A stretch of 64,000 nucleotides of DNA from Eledone cirrhosa (taxonomy: Eukaryota). The stretch spans positions 115,568,001 through 115,632,000 of the forward strand of contig OZ024741.1 of the NCBI GenBank assembly GCA_964016885.1. Direction: 5' to 3'. Shown here in pieces: positions 14,001 to 29,000 of this stretch. The notes under the pieces are model-generated. The model searched no databases. It was not told where the DNA came from and saw nothing but the letters and a program-made list of their open reading frames with translations. Position numbers and translations under genes: made by a program. Position 1 is the first letter of the stretch. The number at the start of each line of letters is the position of its first letter.

Positions 14001-17000
14001 TCTTGAGGTGGGGGTTACATTTGTCATAGAATATAGATATAACTCTGATTGAAAGATGTTCTTGAGGTGGAGGTTACATTTGTCATAGAATATAGATATA
14101 ACTCTGATTGAAAGATGTTCTTGAGGTGGGGGTTACATTTGTCATAGAATATAGATATAACTCTGATTGAAAGATGTTCTTGAGGTGGGGGTTACATTTG
14201 TCATAGAATATAGATATAACTCTGATTGAAAGATGTTCTTGACGTGGGGGTTACATTTGTCATAGAATATAGATATAACTCTGATTGAAAGATGTTCTTG
14301 AGGTGGAGGTTACATTTGTCATAGAATATAGATATAACCCAGAATGAAAGATGTTCTTGAGGTGGGGGTTACATTTGTCATAGAATATAGATATAACTCT
14401 GATTGAAAGATGTTCTTGAGGTGGGGGTTACATTTGTCATAGAATATAGATATAACTCTGATTGAAAGATGTTCTTGAGGTGGAGGTTACATTTGTCATA
14501 GAATATAGATATAACCCAGAATGAAAGATGTACTTGAGGTGGGGGTTACATTTGTCATAGAATATAGATATAACTCTGACTGAAAGATATTATTGAGGTA
14601 GGGGTTACAATTGTCATAGAATATAGATATAACTCTGATCGAAAGAAATACTTGAGGTGGGGGTTACATTTGTCATAGAATATAGATATAACTCTGATTG
14701 AAAGATGTTCTTGACGTGGGGGTTACATTTGTCATAGAATATAGATATAACTCAGATTGAAAGATGTTCTTGAGGTGGGGTTACATTTGTCATAGAATAT
14801 AGATATAACTTTAATTGAAAGATGTTCTTGAGGTGGGGGTTACATTTGTCATAGAATATATATATAACACTGATTGAAAGATTTTGTTGAGGTAGGGGTT
14901 ACATTTGTCATAGAATATAGATATAACTATGATTGAAAGATGTTCTTGAGGTAGGGGTTACATTTGTCATAGAATATAGATATAACGCTGATTGAAAGAT
15001 GTTCTTGAAGTAGGGGTTACATTTGTCATAGAATATAGATATAACTCAGAATACAAGATTATCTTGAGGTAGGGGTTACATTTGTTATAGAATATAGATA
15101 TAACACTGATTGAAAGATGTTCTTGAGGTGGGGGTTACATTTGTAATAGAATATAGATATAACTCTGATAGAAAGATGTTCTTGAGGTGGGGGTTACATT
15201 TGTCATAGAATATAGATAAAACTCTGATTGGAAGATGTTCTTGAGGTGGAGGTTACATTTGTCATAGAATATAGATATAAATCTGATTGAAAGATGTTCT
15301 TGAGGTGGGGGTTACATTTGTCATAGAATATAGATATAACTCTGATTGAAAGATGTTCTTGAGGTGGGGGTTACATTTGTCAGAGAATATAGATATAACT
15401 CTGATTGAAAGATGTTCTTGAGGTGGGGGTTACATTTGTCATAGAATATAGATATAACTCTGATTGAAAGATGTTCTTGAGGTGGGGGTTACATTTGTCA
15501 TAGAATATAGATATAACTCTGATTGAAAGATGTTCTTGAGGTGGAGGTTACATTTGTCATAGAATATAGATATAACCCAGAATGAAAGATGTTCTTGAGA
15601 TGGGGGTTACATTTGTCATAGAATATAGATATAACTCTGATTGAAAGATGTTCTTGAGGTGGAGGTTACATTTGTCATAGAATATAGATATAACCCAGAA
15701 TGAAAGATGTTCTTGAGGTGGGGGTTACATTTGTCATAGAATATAGATATAACTCTGATTGAAAGATGTTCTTGAGGTGGAGGTTACATTTGTCATAGAA
15801 TATAGATATAACCCAGAATGAAAGATGTACTTGAGGTGGGGGTTACATTTGTCATAGAATATAGATATAACTCTGACTGAAAGATATTATTGAGGTAGGG
15901 GTTACATTTGTCATAGAATATAGATATAACGCTGATTGAAAGATGTTCTTGAAGTAGGGGTTACATTTGTCATAGAATATAGATATAACTCTGAATGCAA
16001 GATATTCTTAGGTAGGGGTTACATTTGTCATAGAATATAGATATAACACTGATTGAAAGATTTTGTTGAGGTAGGGGTTACATTTTTCATAGAATATAGA
16101 TATAACTATGATTGAAAGATATTCTTGAGGTAGGGGTTACATTTGTCATAGAATATAGATATAACGCTGATTGAAAGATTATCCTGAAGTAGGGGTTACA
16201 TTTGTCATAGGATATAGATATAACTCTGATTGAAAGATGTTCTTGAGATGGGGGTTACATTTGTCATAGAATATAGATATAACTCTGATTGAAAGATGTT
16301 CTTGAGGTGGGGGTTACATTTGTCATAGAATATAGATATAACTCTGATTGAAAAATGTTCTTGAGGTGGGGGTTACATTTGTCATAGAATATAGATATAA
16401 CGCTGAGTGAAAGATGTTCTTGAGGTGGGGGTTATATTTGTCATAGAATATAGATATAACTCTGATTGAAAGATGTTCTTGAGATGGGGGTTACATTTGT
16501 CATAGAATATAGATATATCTCTGAATGAAAGATGTTCTTGATGTGGAGGTTACATTTGTCATAGAATATAGATATAACTCTGATAGAAAGATGTTCTTGA
16601 GGTGGGGGTTACATTTGTCATAGAATATAGATATAACTCTGATAGAAAGATGTTCTTGAGATGGGGGTTACATTTGTCATAGAATATAGATATAACTCTG
16701 ATAGAAAGATGTTCTTGAGGTGGGGGTTACATTTGTCATAGAATATTGATATAACTCTGAGAGAAAGATGTTCTTGAGGTGGGGGTTATATTTGTCATAG
16801 AATATAGATATAACTCTGATTGAAAGATGTTCTTGAGATGGGGGTTACATTTGTCATAGAATATAGATATATCTCTGAATGAAAGATGTTCTTGATGTGG
16901 AGGTTACATTTGTCATAGAATATAGATATAACTCTGATAGAAAGATGTTCTTGAGGTGGGGGTTACATTTGTCATAGAATATAGATATAACTCTGATAGA

Positions 17001-17399
17001 AAGATGTTCTTGAGATGGGGGTTACATTTGTCATAGAATATAGATATAACTCTGATAGAAAGATGTTCTTGAGGTGGGGGTTACATTTGTCATAGAATAT
17101 AGATATAACTCTGAGAGAAAGATGTTCTTGAGGTGGGGGTTACATTTGTCATAGAATATAGATATAACTCTGAGAGAATGATGTTCTTGAGGTGGGGGTT
17201 ACATTTGTCATAGAATATAGATATAACCCTGATTGAAAGATGTTCTGGAGGTGGGGTTACATTTGTCATAGAATATAGATATAACTCTGATAGAAAGATG
17301 TTCTTGAGGTGGGGGTTACATTTGTCATAGAATATAGATATAACTCTGATTGGAAGATGTTCTTGGGGTGGAGGTTACATTTGTCATAGAATATAGATA

Positions 17400-19600
17400 T
17401 AACTCTGATTGAAAGATGTTCTTGGGGTGGGGGTTACATTTGTCATAGAATATAGATATAACTCTGATTGAAAGATGTTCTTGAGGTGGGGGTTACATTT
17501 GTCATAGAATATAGATATAACTCTGATTGAAAGATGTTCTTGAGGTGGAGGTTACATTTGTCATAGAATATAGATATAACTCTGATTGAAAGATGTTCTT
17601 GAGGTGGGGGTTACATTTGTCATAGAATATAGATATAACTCTGATTGAAAGATGTTCTTGAGGTGGGGGTTACATTTGTCATAGAATATAGATATAACTC
17701 TGATTGAAAGATGTTCTTGAGGTGGAGGTTACATTTGTCATAGAATATAGATATAACTCTGATTGAAAGATGTTCTTGAGGTGGAGGTTACATTTGTCAT
17801 AGAATATAGATATAACCCAGAATGAAAGATGTTCTTGAGGTGGGGGTTACATTTGTCATAGAATATAGATATAACTCTGATTGAAAGATGTTCTTGAGGT
17901 GGAGGTTACATTTGTCATAGAATATAGATATAACTCAGAATGAAAGATGTTCTTGAGGTGGGGGTTACATTTGTCATAGAATATAGATATAACTCTGATT
18001 GAAGGATGTTCTTGATGTGGGGGTTACATTTGTCATAGAATATAGGTATAACTCTGATTGAAAGATGTTCTTGAGGTGGAGGTTACATTTGTCATAGAAT
18101 ATAGATATAACTCTGATTGAAAGATGTTCTTGAGGTGGGGGTTACATTTGTCATAGAATATAGATATAACTCTGATTGAAAGATGTTCTTGAGGTGGGGG
18201 TTACATTTGTCATAGAATATAGATATAACTCTGATTGAAAGATGTTCTTGAGGTGGGGGTTACATTTGTCATAGAATATAGATATAACTCTGAGAGAAAG
18301 ATGTTCTTGAGGTGGGGGTTACATTTGTCATAGAATATAGATATAACTCTGAGAGAAAGATGTTCTTGAGGTGGGGGTTACATTTGTCATAGAATATAGA
18401 TATAACCCTGATTGAAAGATGTTCTGGAGGTGGGGTTACATTTGTCATAGAATATAGATATAACTCAGAATACAAGATTATCTTGAGGTAGGGGTTACAT
18501 TTGTTATAGAATATAGATATAACCCTGATTGAAAGATGTTCTTGAGGTGGGGGTTACATTTGTCATAGAATATAGATATAACTCTGGTAGAAAGATGTTC
18601 TTGAGGTGGGGGTTACATTTGTCATAGAATATAGATATAACTCTGATTGGAAGATGTTCTTGAGGTGGAGGTTACATTTGTCATAGAATATAGATATAAA
18701 TCTGATTGAAAGATGTTCTTGAGGTGGGGGTTACATTTGTCATAGAATATAGATATAACTCTGATTGAAAGATGTTCTTGAGGTGGGGGTTACATTTGTC
18801 ATAGAATATAGATATAACTCTGATTGAAAGATGTTCTTGAGGTGGGGGTTACATTTGTCATAGAATATAGATATAACTCTGATTGAAAGATGTTCTTGAG
18901 GTGGAGGTTACATTTGTCATAGAATATAGATATAACTCTGATTGAAAGATGTTCTTGAGGTGGTGGTTACATTTGTCATAGAATATAGATATAACTCTGA
19001 TTGAAAGATGTTCTTGAGGTGGGGGTTACATTTGTCATAGAATATAGATATAACTCTGATTGAAAGATGTTCTTGACGTGGGGTTTACATTTGTCATAGA
19101 ATATAGATATAACTCTCATTGAAAGATGTTCTTGAGGTGGAGGTTACATTTGTCATAGAATATAGATATAACCCAGAATGAAAGATGTTCTTGAGGTGGG
19201 GGTTACATTTGTCATAGAATATAGATATAACTCTGATTGAAAGATGTTCTTGAGGTGGAGGTTACATTTGTCATAGAATATAGATATAACCCAGAATGAA
19301 AGATGTTCTTGAGGTGGGGGTTACATTTGTCATAGAATATAGATATAACTCTGATTGAAGGATGTTCTTGAGGTGGGGGTTACATTTGTCATAGAATATA
19401 GATATAACTCTGATTGAAAGATGTTCTTGAGGTGGAGGTTACATTTGTCATAGAATATAGATATAACTCTGATTGAAAGATGTTCTTGAGGTGGGGGTTA
19501 CATTTTTCATAGAATATAGATATAACTCTGATTGAAAGATGTTCTTGAAGTGGGGGTTACATTTGTCATAGAATATAGATATAACTCTGATTGAAAGATG
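17400..19600 (+). repeat. Mostly homogeneous run of near-consensus monomers
   Basis: Long stretches (e.g. ~17,450-17,800, ~18,060-18,270, ~18,720-19,060) are exact consensus or differ only by GTGGAGG versus GTGGGGG. One cassette interrupts the run at ~18,280-18,700. Confidence 0.75.
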
Positions 19601-22600
19601 TTCTTGAGGTGGAGGTTACTTTTGTCATAGAATATAGATATAACCCAGAATGAAAGATGTACTTGAGGTGGGGGTTACATTTGTCATAGAATATAGATAT
19701 AACTCTGACTGAAAGATATTATTGAGGTAGGGGTTACAATTGTCATAGAATATAGATATAACTCTGATCGAAAGAAATACTTGAGGAGGGGGTTACATTT
19801 GTCATAGAATAGAGATATAACACTGATTGAAAGATAATCTGGAGGTAGGGTTACATTTGTCATAGAATATAGATATAACTCTGTTTGAAAGATGTTCTTG
19901 AGATGGGGGTTACATATGTCATAGAATATAGATATAACTCAGATTGAAAGACGTTCTTGAGGTGGGGTTACATTTGTCATAGAATATAGATATAGCTCTG
20001 ATTGAAAGATGTTCTTGAGGTGGGGGTTACATTTGTCATAGAATATAGATATAACACTGATTGAAAGATTTTGTTGAGGTAGGGATTACATTTGTCATAG
20101 AATATAGATATAACTATGATTGAAAGATGTTCTTGAGGTAGGGGTTACATTTGTCATAGAATATAGATATAACGCTGATTGAAAGATGTTCTTGAAGTAG
20201 GGGTTACATTTGTCATAGAATATAGATATAACTCTGAATTCAAGATATTCTTAGGTAGGGGTTACATTTGTCATAGAATATAGATATAATACTGATTGAA
20301 AGATTTTGTTGAGGTAGGGGTTACATTTTTCATAGAATATAGATATAACTATGATTGAAAGATATTCTTGAGGTAGGGTTACATTTGTCATAGAATATAG
20401 ATATAACACTGATTGAAAGATTATCTTGAAGTAGGGGTTACATTTGTCATAGGATATAGATATAACTCTGATTGAAAGATGTTCTTGAGATGGTGGTTAC
20501 ATTTGTCATAGAATATAGATATAACTCTGATTGAAAGATGTTCTTGATGTGGGGGTTACATTTGTCATAGAATATAGATATAACTCTGATTGAAAGATGT
20601 TCTTGAGGTGGAGGTTACATTTGTCATAGAATATAGATATATCTCTGATTGAAAGATGTTCTTGATGTGGAGGTTACATTTGTCATAGAATATAGATATA
20701 ACTCTGATAGAAAGATGTTCTTGAGGTGGGGTTACATTTGTCATAGAATATAGATATAACTCTGATAGAAAGATGTTCTTGAGGTGGGGGTTACATTTGT
20801 CATAGAATATAGATATAACTCTGAGAGAAAGATGTTCTTGAGGTGGGGGTTACATTTGTCATAGAATATAGATATAACCCTGATTGAAAGATGTTCTGGA
20901 GGTGGGGTTACATTTGTCATAGAATATAGATATAACTCAGAATAAAAGATTATCTTGAGGTACGGGTTACATTTGTTATAGAATATAGATATAACCCTGA
21001 TTGAAAGATGTTCTTGAGGTGGGGGTTACATTTGTCATAGAATATAGATATAACTATGATAGAAAGATGTTCTTGAGGTGGGGGTTACATTTGTCATAGA
21101 ATATAGATATAACTGTGATTGAAAGATGTTCTTGAGGTGGGGGTTACATTTGTCATAGAATATAGATATAACTCTGATTGAAAGATGTTCTTGAGGTGGA
21201 GGTTACATTTGTCATAGAATATAGATATAACTCTGATTGAAAGATGTTCTTGAGGTGGAGGTTACTTTTGTCATAGAATATAGATATAACCCAGAATGAA
21301 AGATGTACTTGAGGTGGGGGTTACATTTGTCATAGAATATAGATATAACTCTGACTGAAAGATATTATTGAGGTAGGGGTTACAATTGTCATAGAATATA
21401 GATATAACTCTGATCGAAAGAAATACTTGAGGAGGGGGTTACATTTGTCATAGAATAGAGATATAACACTGATTGAAAGATGATCTGGAGGTAGGGTTAC
21501 ATTTGTCATAGAATATAGATATAACTCTGTTTGAAAGATGTTCTTGAGATGGGGGTTACATATGTCATAGAATATAGATATAACACTGATTGAAAGATTT
21601 TGTTGAGGTAGGGGTTACATTTGTCATAGAATATAGATATAACTATGATTGAAAGATGTTCTTGAGGTAGGGGTTACATTTGTCATAGAATATAGATATA
21701 ACGCTGATTGAAAGATGTTCTTGAAGTAGGGGTTACATTTGTCATAGAATATAGATATAACTCTGAATGCAAGATATTCTTAGGTAGGGGTTACATTTGT
21801 CATAGAATATAGATATAATACTGATTGAAAGATTTTGTTGAGGTAGGGGTTACATTTTTCATAGAATATAGATAAAACTATGATTGAAAGATATTCTTGA
21901 GGTAGGGTTACATTTGTCATAGAATATAGATATAACACTGATTGAAAGATTATCTTGAAGTAGGGGTTACATTTGTCATAGGATATAGATATAACTCTGA
22001 TTGAAAGATGTTCTTGAGATGGTGGTTACATTTGTCATAGAATATAGATATAACTCTGATTGAAAGATGTTCTTGAGGTGGGGGTTACATTTGTCATAGA
22101 ATATAGATATAACTCTGATTGAAAGATGTTCTTGAGGTGGGGGTTACATTTGTCATAGAATATAGATATAACTCTGATTGAAAGATGTTCTTGAGGTGGG
22201 GGTTATATTTGTCATAGAATATAGATATAACTCTGATTGAAAGATGTTCTTGAGATGGGGGTTACATTTGTCATAGAATATAGATATATCTCTGATTGAA
22301 AGATGTTCTTGATGTGGAGGTTACATTTGTCATAGAATATAGATATAACTCTGATAGAAAGATGTTCTTGAGGTGGGGTTACATTTGTCATAGAATATAG
22401 ATATAACTCTGATAGAAAGATGTTCTTGAGGTGGGGGTTACATTTGTCATAGAATATAGATATAACTCTGAGAGAAAGATGTTCTTGAGGTGGGGGTTAC
22501 ATTTGTCATAGAATATAGATATAACCCTGATTGAAAGATGTTCTGGAGGTGGGGTTACATTTGTCATAGAATATAGATATAACTCAGAATAAAAGATTAT

Positions 22601-22900
22601 CTTGAGGTACGGGTTACATTTGTTATAGAATATAGATATAACCCTGATTGAAAGATGTTCTTGAGGTGGGGGTTACATTTGTCATAGAATATAGATATAA
22701 CTATGATAGAAAGATGTTCTTGAGGTGGGGGTTACATTTGTCATAGAATATAGATATAACTGTGATTGAAAGATGTTCTTGAGGTGGGGGTTACATTTGT
22801 CATAGAATATAGATATAACTCTGATTGAAAGATGTTCTTGAGGTGGAGGTTACATTTGTCATAGAATATAGATATAACTCTGATTGAAAGATGTTCTTGA
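19600..22900 (+). repeat. Tandem duplication of a ~28-monomer (~1.65-kb) block with internal monomer gain and loss
   Basis: Shared rare variants are GGTTACTTTTG (~19620/~21266), ATAATACTG (~20290/~21819), GAGATGGTGG (~20494/~22023), GGTACGGG (~20963/~22610) and AACTGTGATT (~21115/~22762). End offsets are 1646-1647, and internal offsets are shorter by 2 monomers. Confidence 0.85.
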
Positions 22901-23079
22901 GGTGGGGGTTACATTTGTCATAGAATATAGATATAACTCTGATTGAAAGATGTTCTTGAGGTGGGGGTTACATTTGTCATAGAATATAGATATAACTCTG
23001 ATTGAAAGATGTTCTTGAGTTGGGGGTTACATTTCTCATAGAATATAGATATAACTCTGATTGAAAGATGTTCTTGAGG

Positions 23080-26000
23080 TGGAGGTTACATTTGTCATAG
23101 AATATAGATATAACCCAGAATGAAAGATGTTCTTGAGGTGGGGGTTACATTTGTCATAGAATATAGATATAACTCTGATTGAAAGATGTTCTTGAGGTGG
23201 AGGTTACATTTGTCATAGAATATAGATATAACTCAGAATGAAAGATGTTCTTGAGGTGGGGGTTACATTTGTCATAGAATATAGATATAACTCTGATTGA
23301 AGGATGTTCTTGAGGTGGGTGTTACATTTGTCATAGAATATAGGTATAACTCTGATTGAAAGATGTTCTTGAGGTGGAGGTTACATTTGTCATAGAATAT
23401 AGATATAACTCTGATTGAAAGATGTTCTTGAGGTGGGGGTTACATTTGTCATAGAATATAGATATAACTCTGATTGAAAGATGTTCTTGAGGTGGGGGTT
23501 ACATTTGTCATAGAATATAGATATAACTCTGATTGAAAGATGTTCTTGAGGTGGGGGTTACATTTGTCATAGAATATAGATATAACTCTGATTGAAAGAT
23601 GTTCTTGAGGTGGAGGTTACATTTGTCATAGAATATAGATATAACCCAGAATGAAAGATGTACTTGAGGTGGGGGTTAAATTTGTCATAGAATATAGATA
23701 TAACTCTGTTTGAAAGATGTTCTTGAGATGGGGGTTACATATGTCATAGAATATAGATATAACTCAGATTGAAAGATGTTCTTGAGGTGGGGTTACATTT
23801 GTCATAGAATATAGATATAACTCTGATTGAAAGATGTTCTTGAGGTGGGGGTTACATTTGTCATAGAATATAGATATAACACTGATTGAAAGATTTTGTT
23901 GAGGTAGGGGTTACATTTGTCATAGAATATAGATATAACTATGATTGAAAGATGTTCTTGAAGTAGGGGTTACATTTGTCATAGAATATAGATATAACTC
24001 TGAATGCAAGATATTCTTAGGTAGGGGTTACATTTGTCATAGAATATAGATATAACACTGATTGAAAGATTTTGTTGAGGTAGGGGTTACATTTTTCATA
24101 GAATATAGATATAACTATGATTGAAAGATATTCTTGAGGTAGGGGTTAGATTTGTCATAGAATATAGATATAACGCTGATTGAAAGATTATCTTGAAGTA
24201 GGGGTTACAATTGTCATAGGATATAGATATAACTCTGATTGAAAGATGTTCTTGAGATGGGGGTTACATTTGTCATAGAATATAGATATAACTCTGATTG
24301 AAAGATGTTCTTGATGTGGAGGTTACATTTGTCATAGAATATAGATATAACTCTGATAGAAAGATGTTCTTGAGGTGGTGGTTACATTTGTCATAGAATA
24401 TAGATATAACTCTGATAGAAAGAAGTTCTTGAGATGGGGGTTACATTTGTCATAGAATATAGATATAACTCTGATAGAAAGATGTACTTGAGGTGGGGGT
24501 TACATTTGTCATAGAATATAGATATAACTCTGATAGAAAGATGTTCTTGAGGTGGGGTTACATTTGTCATAGAATATAGATATAACTCTGAGAGAAAGAT
24601 GTACTTGAGGTGGGGGTTACATTTGTCATAGAATATAGATATAACCCTGATTGAAAGATGTTCTGGAGGTGGGGTTACATTTGTCATAGAATATAGATAT
24701 AACTCAGAATAAAAGATTATCTTGAGGTAGGGGTTACATTTGTTATAGAATATAGATATAACCCTGATTGAAAGATGTTCTTGAGGTGGGGGTTACCTTT
24801 GTCATAGAATATAGATATAACTCTGATAGAAAGATGTTCTTGAGGTGGGGGTTACATTTGTCATAGAATATAGATATAACTCTGATAGAAAGATGTTCTT
24901 GAGATGGGGGTTACATTTGTCATAGAATATAGATATAACTCTGATAGAAAGATGTTCTTGAGGTGGGGGTTACATTTGTCATAGAATATAGATATAACTC
25001 TGATAGAAAGATGTTCTTGAGGTGGGGGTTACATTTGTCATAGAATATAGATATAACTCTGAGAGAAAGATGTTCTTGAGGTGGGGGTTACATTTGTCAT
25101 AGAATATAGATATAACCCTGATTGAAAGATGTTCTGGAGGTGGGGTTACATTTGTCATAGAATATAGATATAACTCAGAATAAAAGATTATCTTGAGGTA
25201 GGGGTTACATTTGTTATAGAATATAGATATAACCCTGATTGAAAGATGTTCTTGAGGTGGGGGTTACCTTTGTCATAGAATATAGATATAACTCTGATAG
25301 AAAGATGTTCTTGAGGTTGGGGTTACATTTGTCATAGAATATAGATATAACTCTGATAGAAAGATGTTCTTGAGATGGGGGTTACATTTGTCATAGAATA
25401 TAGATATAACTCTGATAGAAAGATGTTCTTGAGGTGGGGGTTACATTTGTCATAGAATATAGATATAACTCTGAATGAAAGATGTTCTTGAGGTGGGGGT
25501 TACATTTGTCATAGAATATACATATAATTCTGACTGAAAAATGTTCTTGAGGTGGGGGTTACATTTGTCATAGAATATAGATATAAATCTGAGAGAAAGA
25601 TGTTCTTGGGGTAGGGGTTACATTTGTCATAGAATATACATATAATTCTGACTGAAAGATGTTCTTGAGGTGGGGGTTACATTTGTCATAGAATATAGAT
25701 ATAACTCTGAGTGAAAGATGTTCTTGAGGTGGGGGTTACATTTGTCATAGAATATAGATATAACTCTGATAGAAAGATGTTCTTGGCGTAGGGGTTACAT
25801 TTGTCATAGAATATACATATAATTCTGACTGAAAGATGTTCTTGAGGTGGGGGTTACATTTGTCATAGAATATAGGTATAACTCTGATAGAAAGATGTTC
25901 TTGGGGTAGGGGTTACATTTGTCATAGAATATACATATCATTCTGACTGAAAGATGTTCTTGAGGTGGGGGTTACATTTGTCATAGAATATAGATATAAC

Positions 26001-29000
26001 TCTGACTGAAAGATGTTCTTGAGGAGGGGGTTACATTTGTCATAGAATATACATATAATTCTGACTGAAGGATGTTTTTGAGGTGGGGGGTTACATTTGT
26101 CATAGAATATAGATATATCTCTGAATGAAATATGTACTTGAAGTAGGGGTTACATTTGTCATAGAATATAGATATAACCCTGATTGAAAGATTTTGTTGA
26201 GGTGGGGGTTACATTTGTCATAGAATATAGATATAACTCTGATAGAAAGATGTTCTTGAGGTGGGGGTTACATTTGTCATAGAATATAGATATAACTCTG
26301 AGAGAAAGATGTTCTTGAGGTGGGGGTTACATTTGTCATAGAATATAGATATAACCCTGATTGAAAGATGTTCTGGAGGTGGGGTTACATTTGTCATAGA
26401 ATATAGATATAACTCAGAATAAAAGATTATCTTGAGGTAGGGGTTACATGTGTTATAGAATATAGATATATCCCTGATTGAAAGATGTTCTTGAGGTGGG
26501 GGTTACCTTTGTCATAGAATATAGATATAACTCTGATAGAAAGATGTTCTTGAGGTGGGGGTTACATTTGTCATAGAATATAGATATAACTCTGATAGAA
26601 AGATGTTCTTGAGATGGGGGTTACATTTGTCATAGAATATAGATATAACTCAGAATAAAAGATTATCTTGAGGTAGGGGTTACATTTGTTATAGAATATA
26701 GATATAACCCTGATTGAAAGATGTTCTTGAGGTGGGGGTTACCTTTGTCATAGAATATAGATATAACTCTGATAGAAAGATGTTCTTGAGGTGGGGGTTA
26801 CATTTGTCATAGAATATAGATATAACTCTGATAGAAAGATGTTCTTGAGATGGGGTTACATTTGTCATAGAATATAGATATAACTCTGATAGAAAGATGT
26901 TCTTGAGGTGGGGGTTACATTTGTCATAGAATATAGATATAACTCTGAGAGAAAGATGTTCTTGAGGTGGGGGTTACATTTGTCATAGAATATAGATATA
27001 ACCCTGATTGAAAGATGTTCTGGAGGTGGGGTTACATTTGTCATAGAATATAGATATAACTCAGAATAAAAGATTATCTTGAGGTAGGGGTTACATTTGT
27101 TATAGAATATAGATATAAACCTGATTGAAAGATGTTCTTGAGGTGGGGGTTACATTTGTCATAGAATATAGATATAACTCTGATAGAAAGATGTTCTTGA
27201 GGTGGGGGTTACATTTGTCATAGAATATAGATATAACTCTGATTGAAAGATGTTCTTGAGGTGTGGGTTACATTTGTCATAGAATATAGATATAACACTG
27301 ATTGAAAGATTTTGTTGAGGTAGGGGTTACATTTGTCATAGAATATAGATATAACTATGATTGAAAGATGTTCTTGAAGTAGGGGTTACATTTGTCATAG
27401 AATATAGATATAACTCTGAATGCAAGATATTCTTAGGTACGGGTTACATTTGTCATAGAATATAGATATAACACTGATTGAAAGATTTTGTTGAGGTAGG
27501 GGTTACATTTTTCATAGAATATAGATATAACTATGATTGAAAGATATTCTTGAGGTAGGGGTTAGATTTGTCATAGAATATAGATATAACGCTGATTGAA
27601 AGATTATCTTGAAGTAGGGGTTACAATTGTCATAGGATATAGATATAACTCTGATTGAAAGATGTTCTTGAGATGGGGGTTACATTTGTCATAGAATATG
27701 GATATAAGTCTGATTGAAAGATGTTCTTGATGTGGAGGTTACATTTGTCATAGAATATAGATATAACTCTGATAGAAAGATGTTCTTGAGGTGGGGGTTA
27801 CATTTGTCATAGAATATAGATATAACCCAGAATGAAAGATGTTTCTTGAGGTGGGGGTTACATTTGTCATAGAATATAGATATAACTCTGATTGAAAGAT
27901 GTTCTTGAGGTGGAGGTTACATTTGTCATAGAATATAGATATAACTCAGAATGAAAGATGTTCTTGAGGTGGGGGTTACATTTGTCATAGAATATAGATA
28001 TAACTCTGATTGAAGGATGTTCTTGAGGTGGGGGTTACATTTGTCATAGAATATAGGTATAACTCTGATTGAAAGATGTTCTTGAGGTGGAGGTTACATT
28101 TGTCATAGAATATAGATATAACTCTGATTGAAAGATGTTCTTGAGGTGGGGGTTACATTTGTCATAGAATATAGATATAACTCTGATTGAAAGATGTTCT
28201 TGAGGTGGGGGTTACATTTGTCATAGAATATAGATATAACTCTGATTGAAAGATGTTCTTGAGGTGGGGGTTACATTTGTCATAGAATATAGATATAACT
28301 CTGATTGAAAGATGTTCTTGAGGTGGAGGTTACATTTGTCATAGAATATAGATATAACCCAGAATGAAAGATGTACTTGAGGTGGGGGTTAAATTTGTCA
28401 TAGAATATAGATATAACTCTGACTGAAAGATATTATTGAGGTAGGGGTTACAATTGTCATAGAATATAGATATAACTCTGATCGAAAGAAATACTTGAGG
28501 TGGGGGTTACATTTGTCATAGAATAGAGATATAACACTGATTGAAAGATGATCTGGAGGTAGGGTTACATTTGTCATAGAATATAGATATAACTCTGTTT
28601 GAAAGATGTTCTTGAGATGGGGGTTACATATGTCATAGAATATAGATATAACTCAGATTGAAAGATGTTCTTGAGGTGGGGTTACATTTGTCATAGAATA
28701 TAGATATAACTCTGATTGAAAGATGTTCTTGAGGTGGGGGTTACATTTGTCATAGAATATAGATATAACACTGATTGAAAGATTTTGTTGAGGTAGGGGT
28801 TACATTTGTCATAGAATATAGATATAACTATGATTGAAAGATGTTCTTGAAGTAGGGGTTACATTTGTCATAGAATATAGATATAACTCTGAATGCAAGA
28901 TATTCTTAGGTAGGGGTTACATTTGTCATAGAATATAGATATAACACTGATTGAAAGATTTTGTTGAGGTAGGGGTTACATTTTTCATAGAATATAGATA

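Larger units (their letters stand above)
1..25440 (+). repeat. Left satellite subfamily domain built from recurring multi-monomer cassettes
   Basis: Frequent variants are CCCAGAATG, GTGGAGGTT, GAGATGGGGG, GATCTGGAGG, GAATAGAGAT, GAATGCAAGATATTCTTAGG and CTCAGAATACAAGATTATC. I did not see the right-domain marker ATACATATAATTCTGACTG here. Confidence 0.85.
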
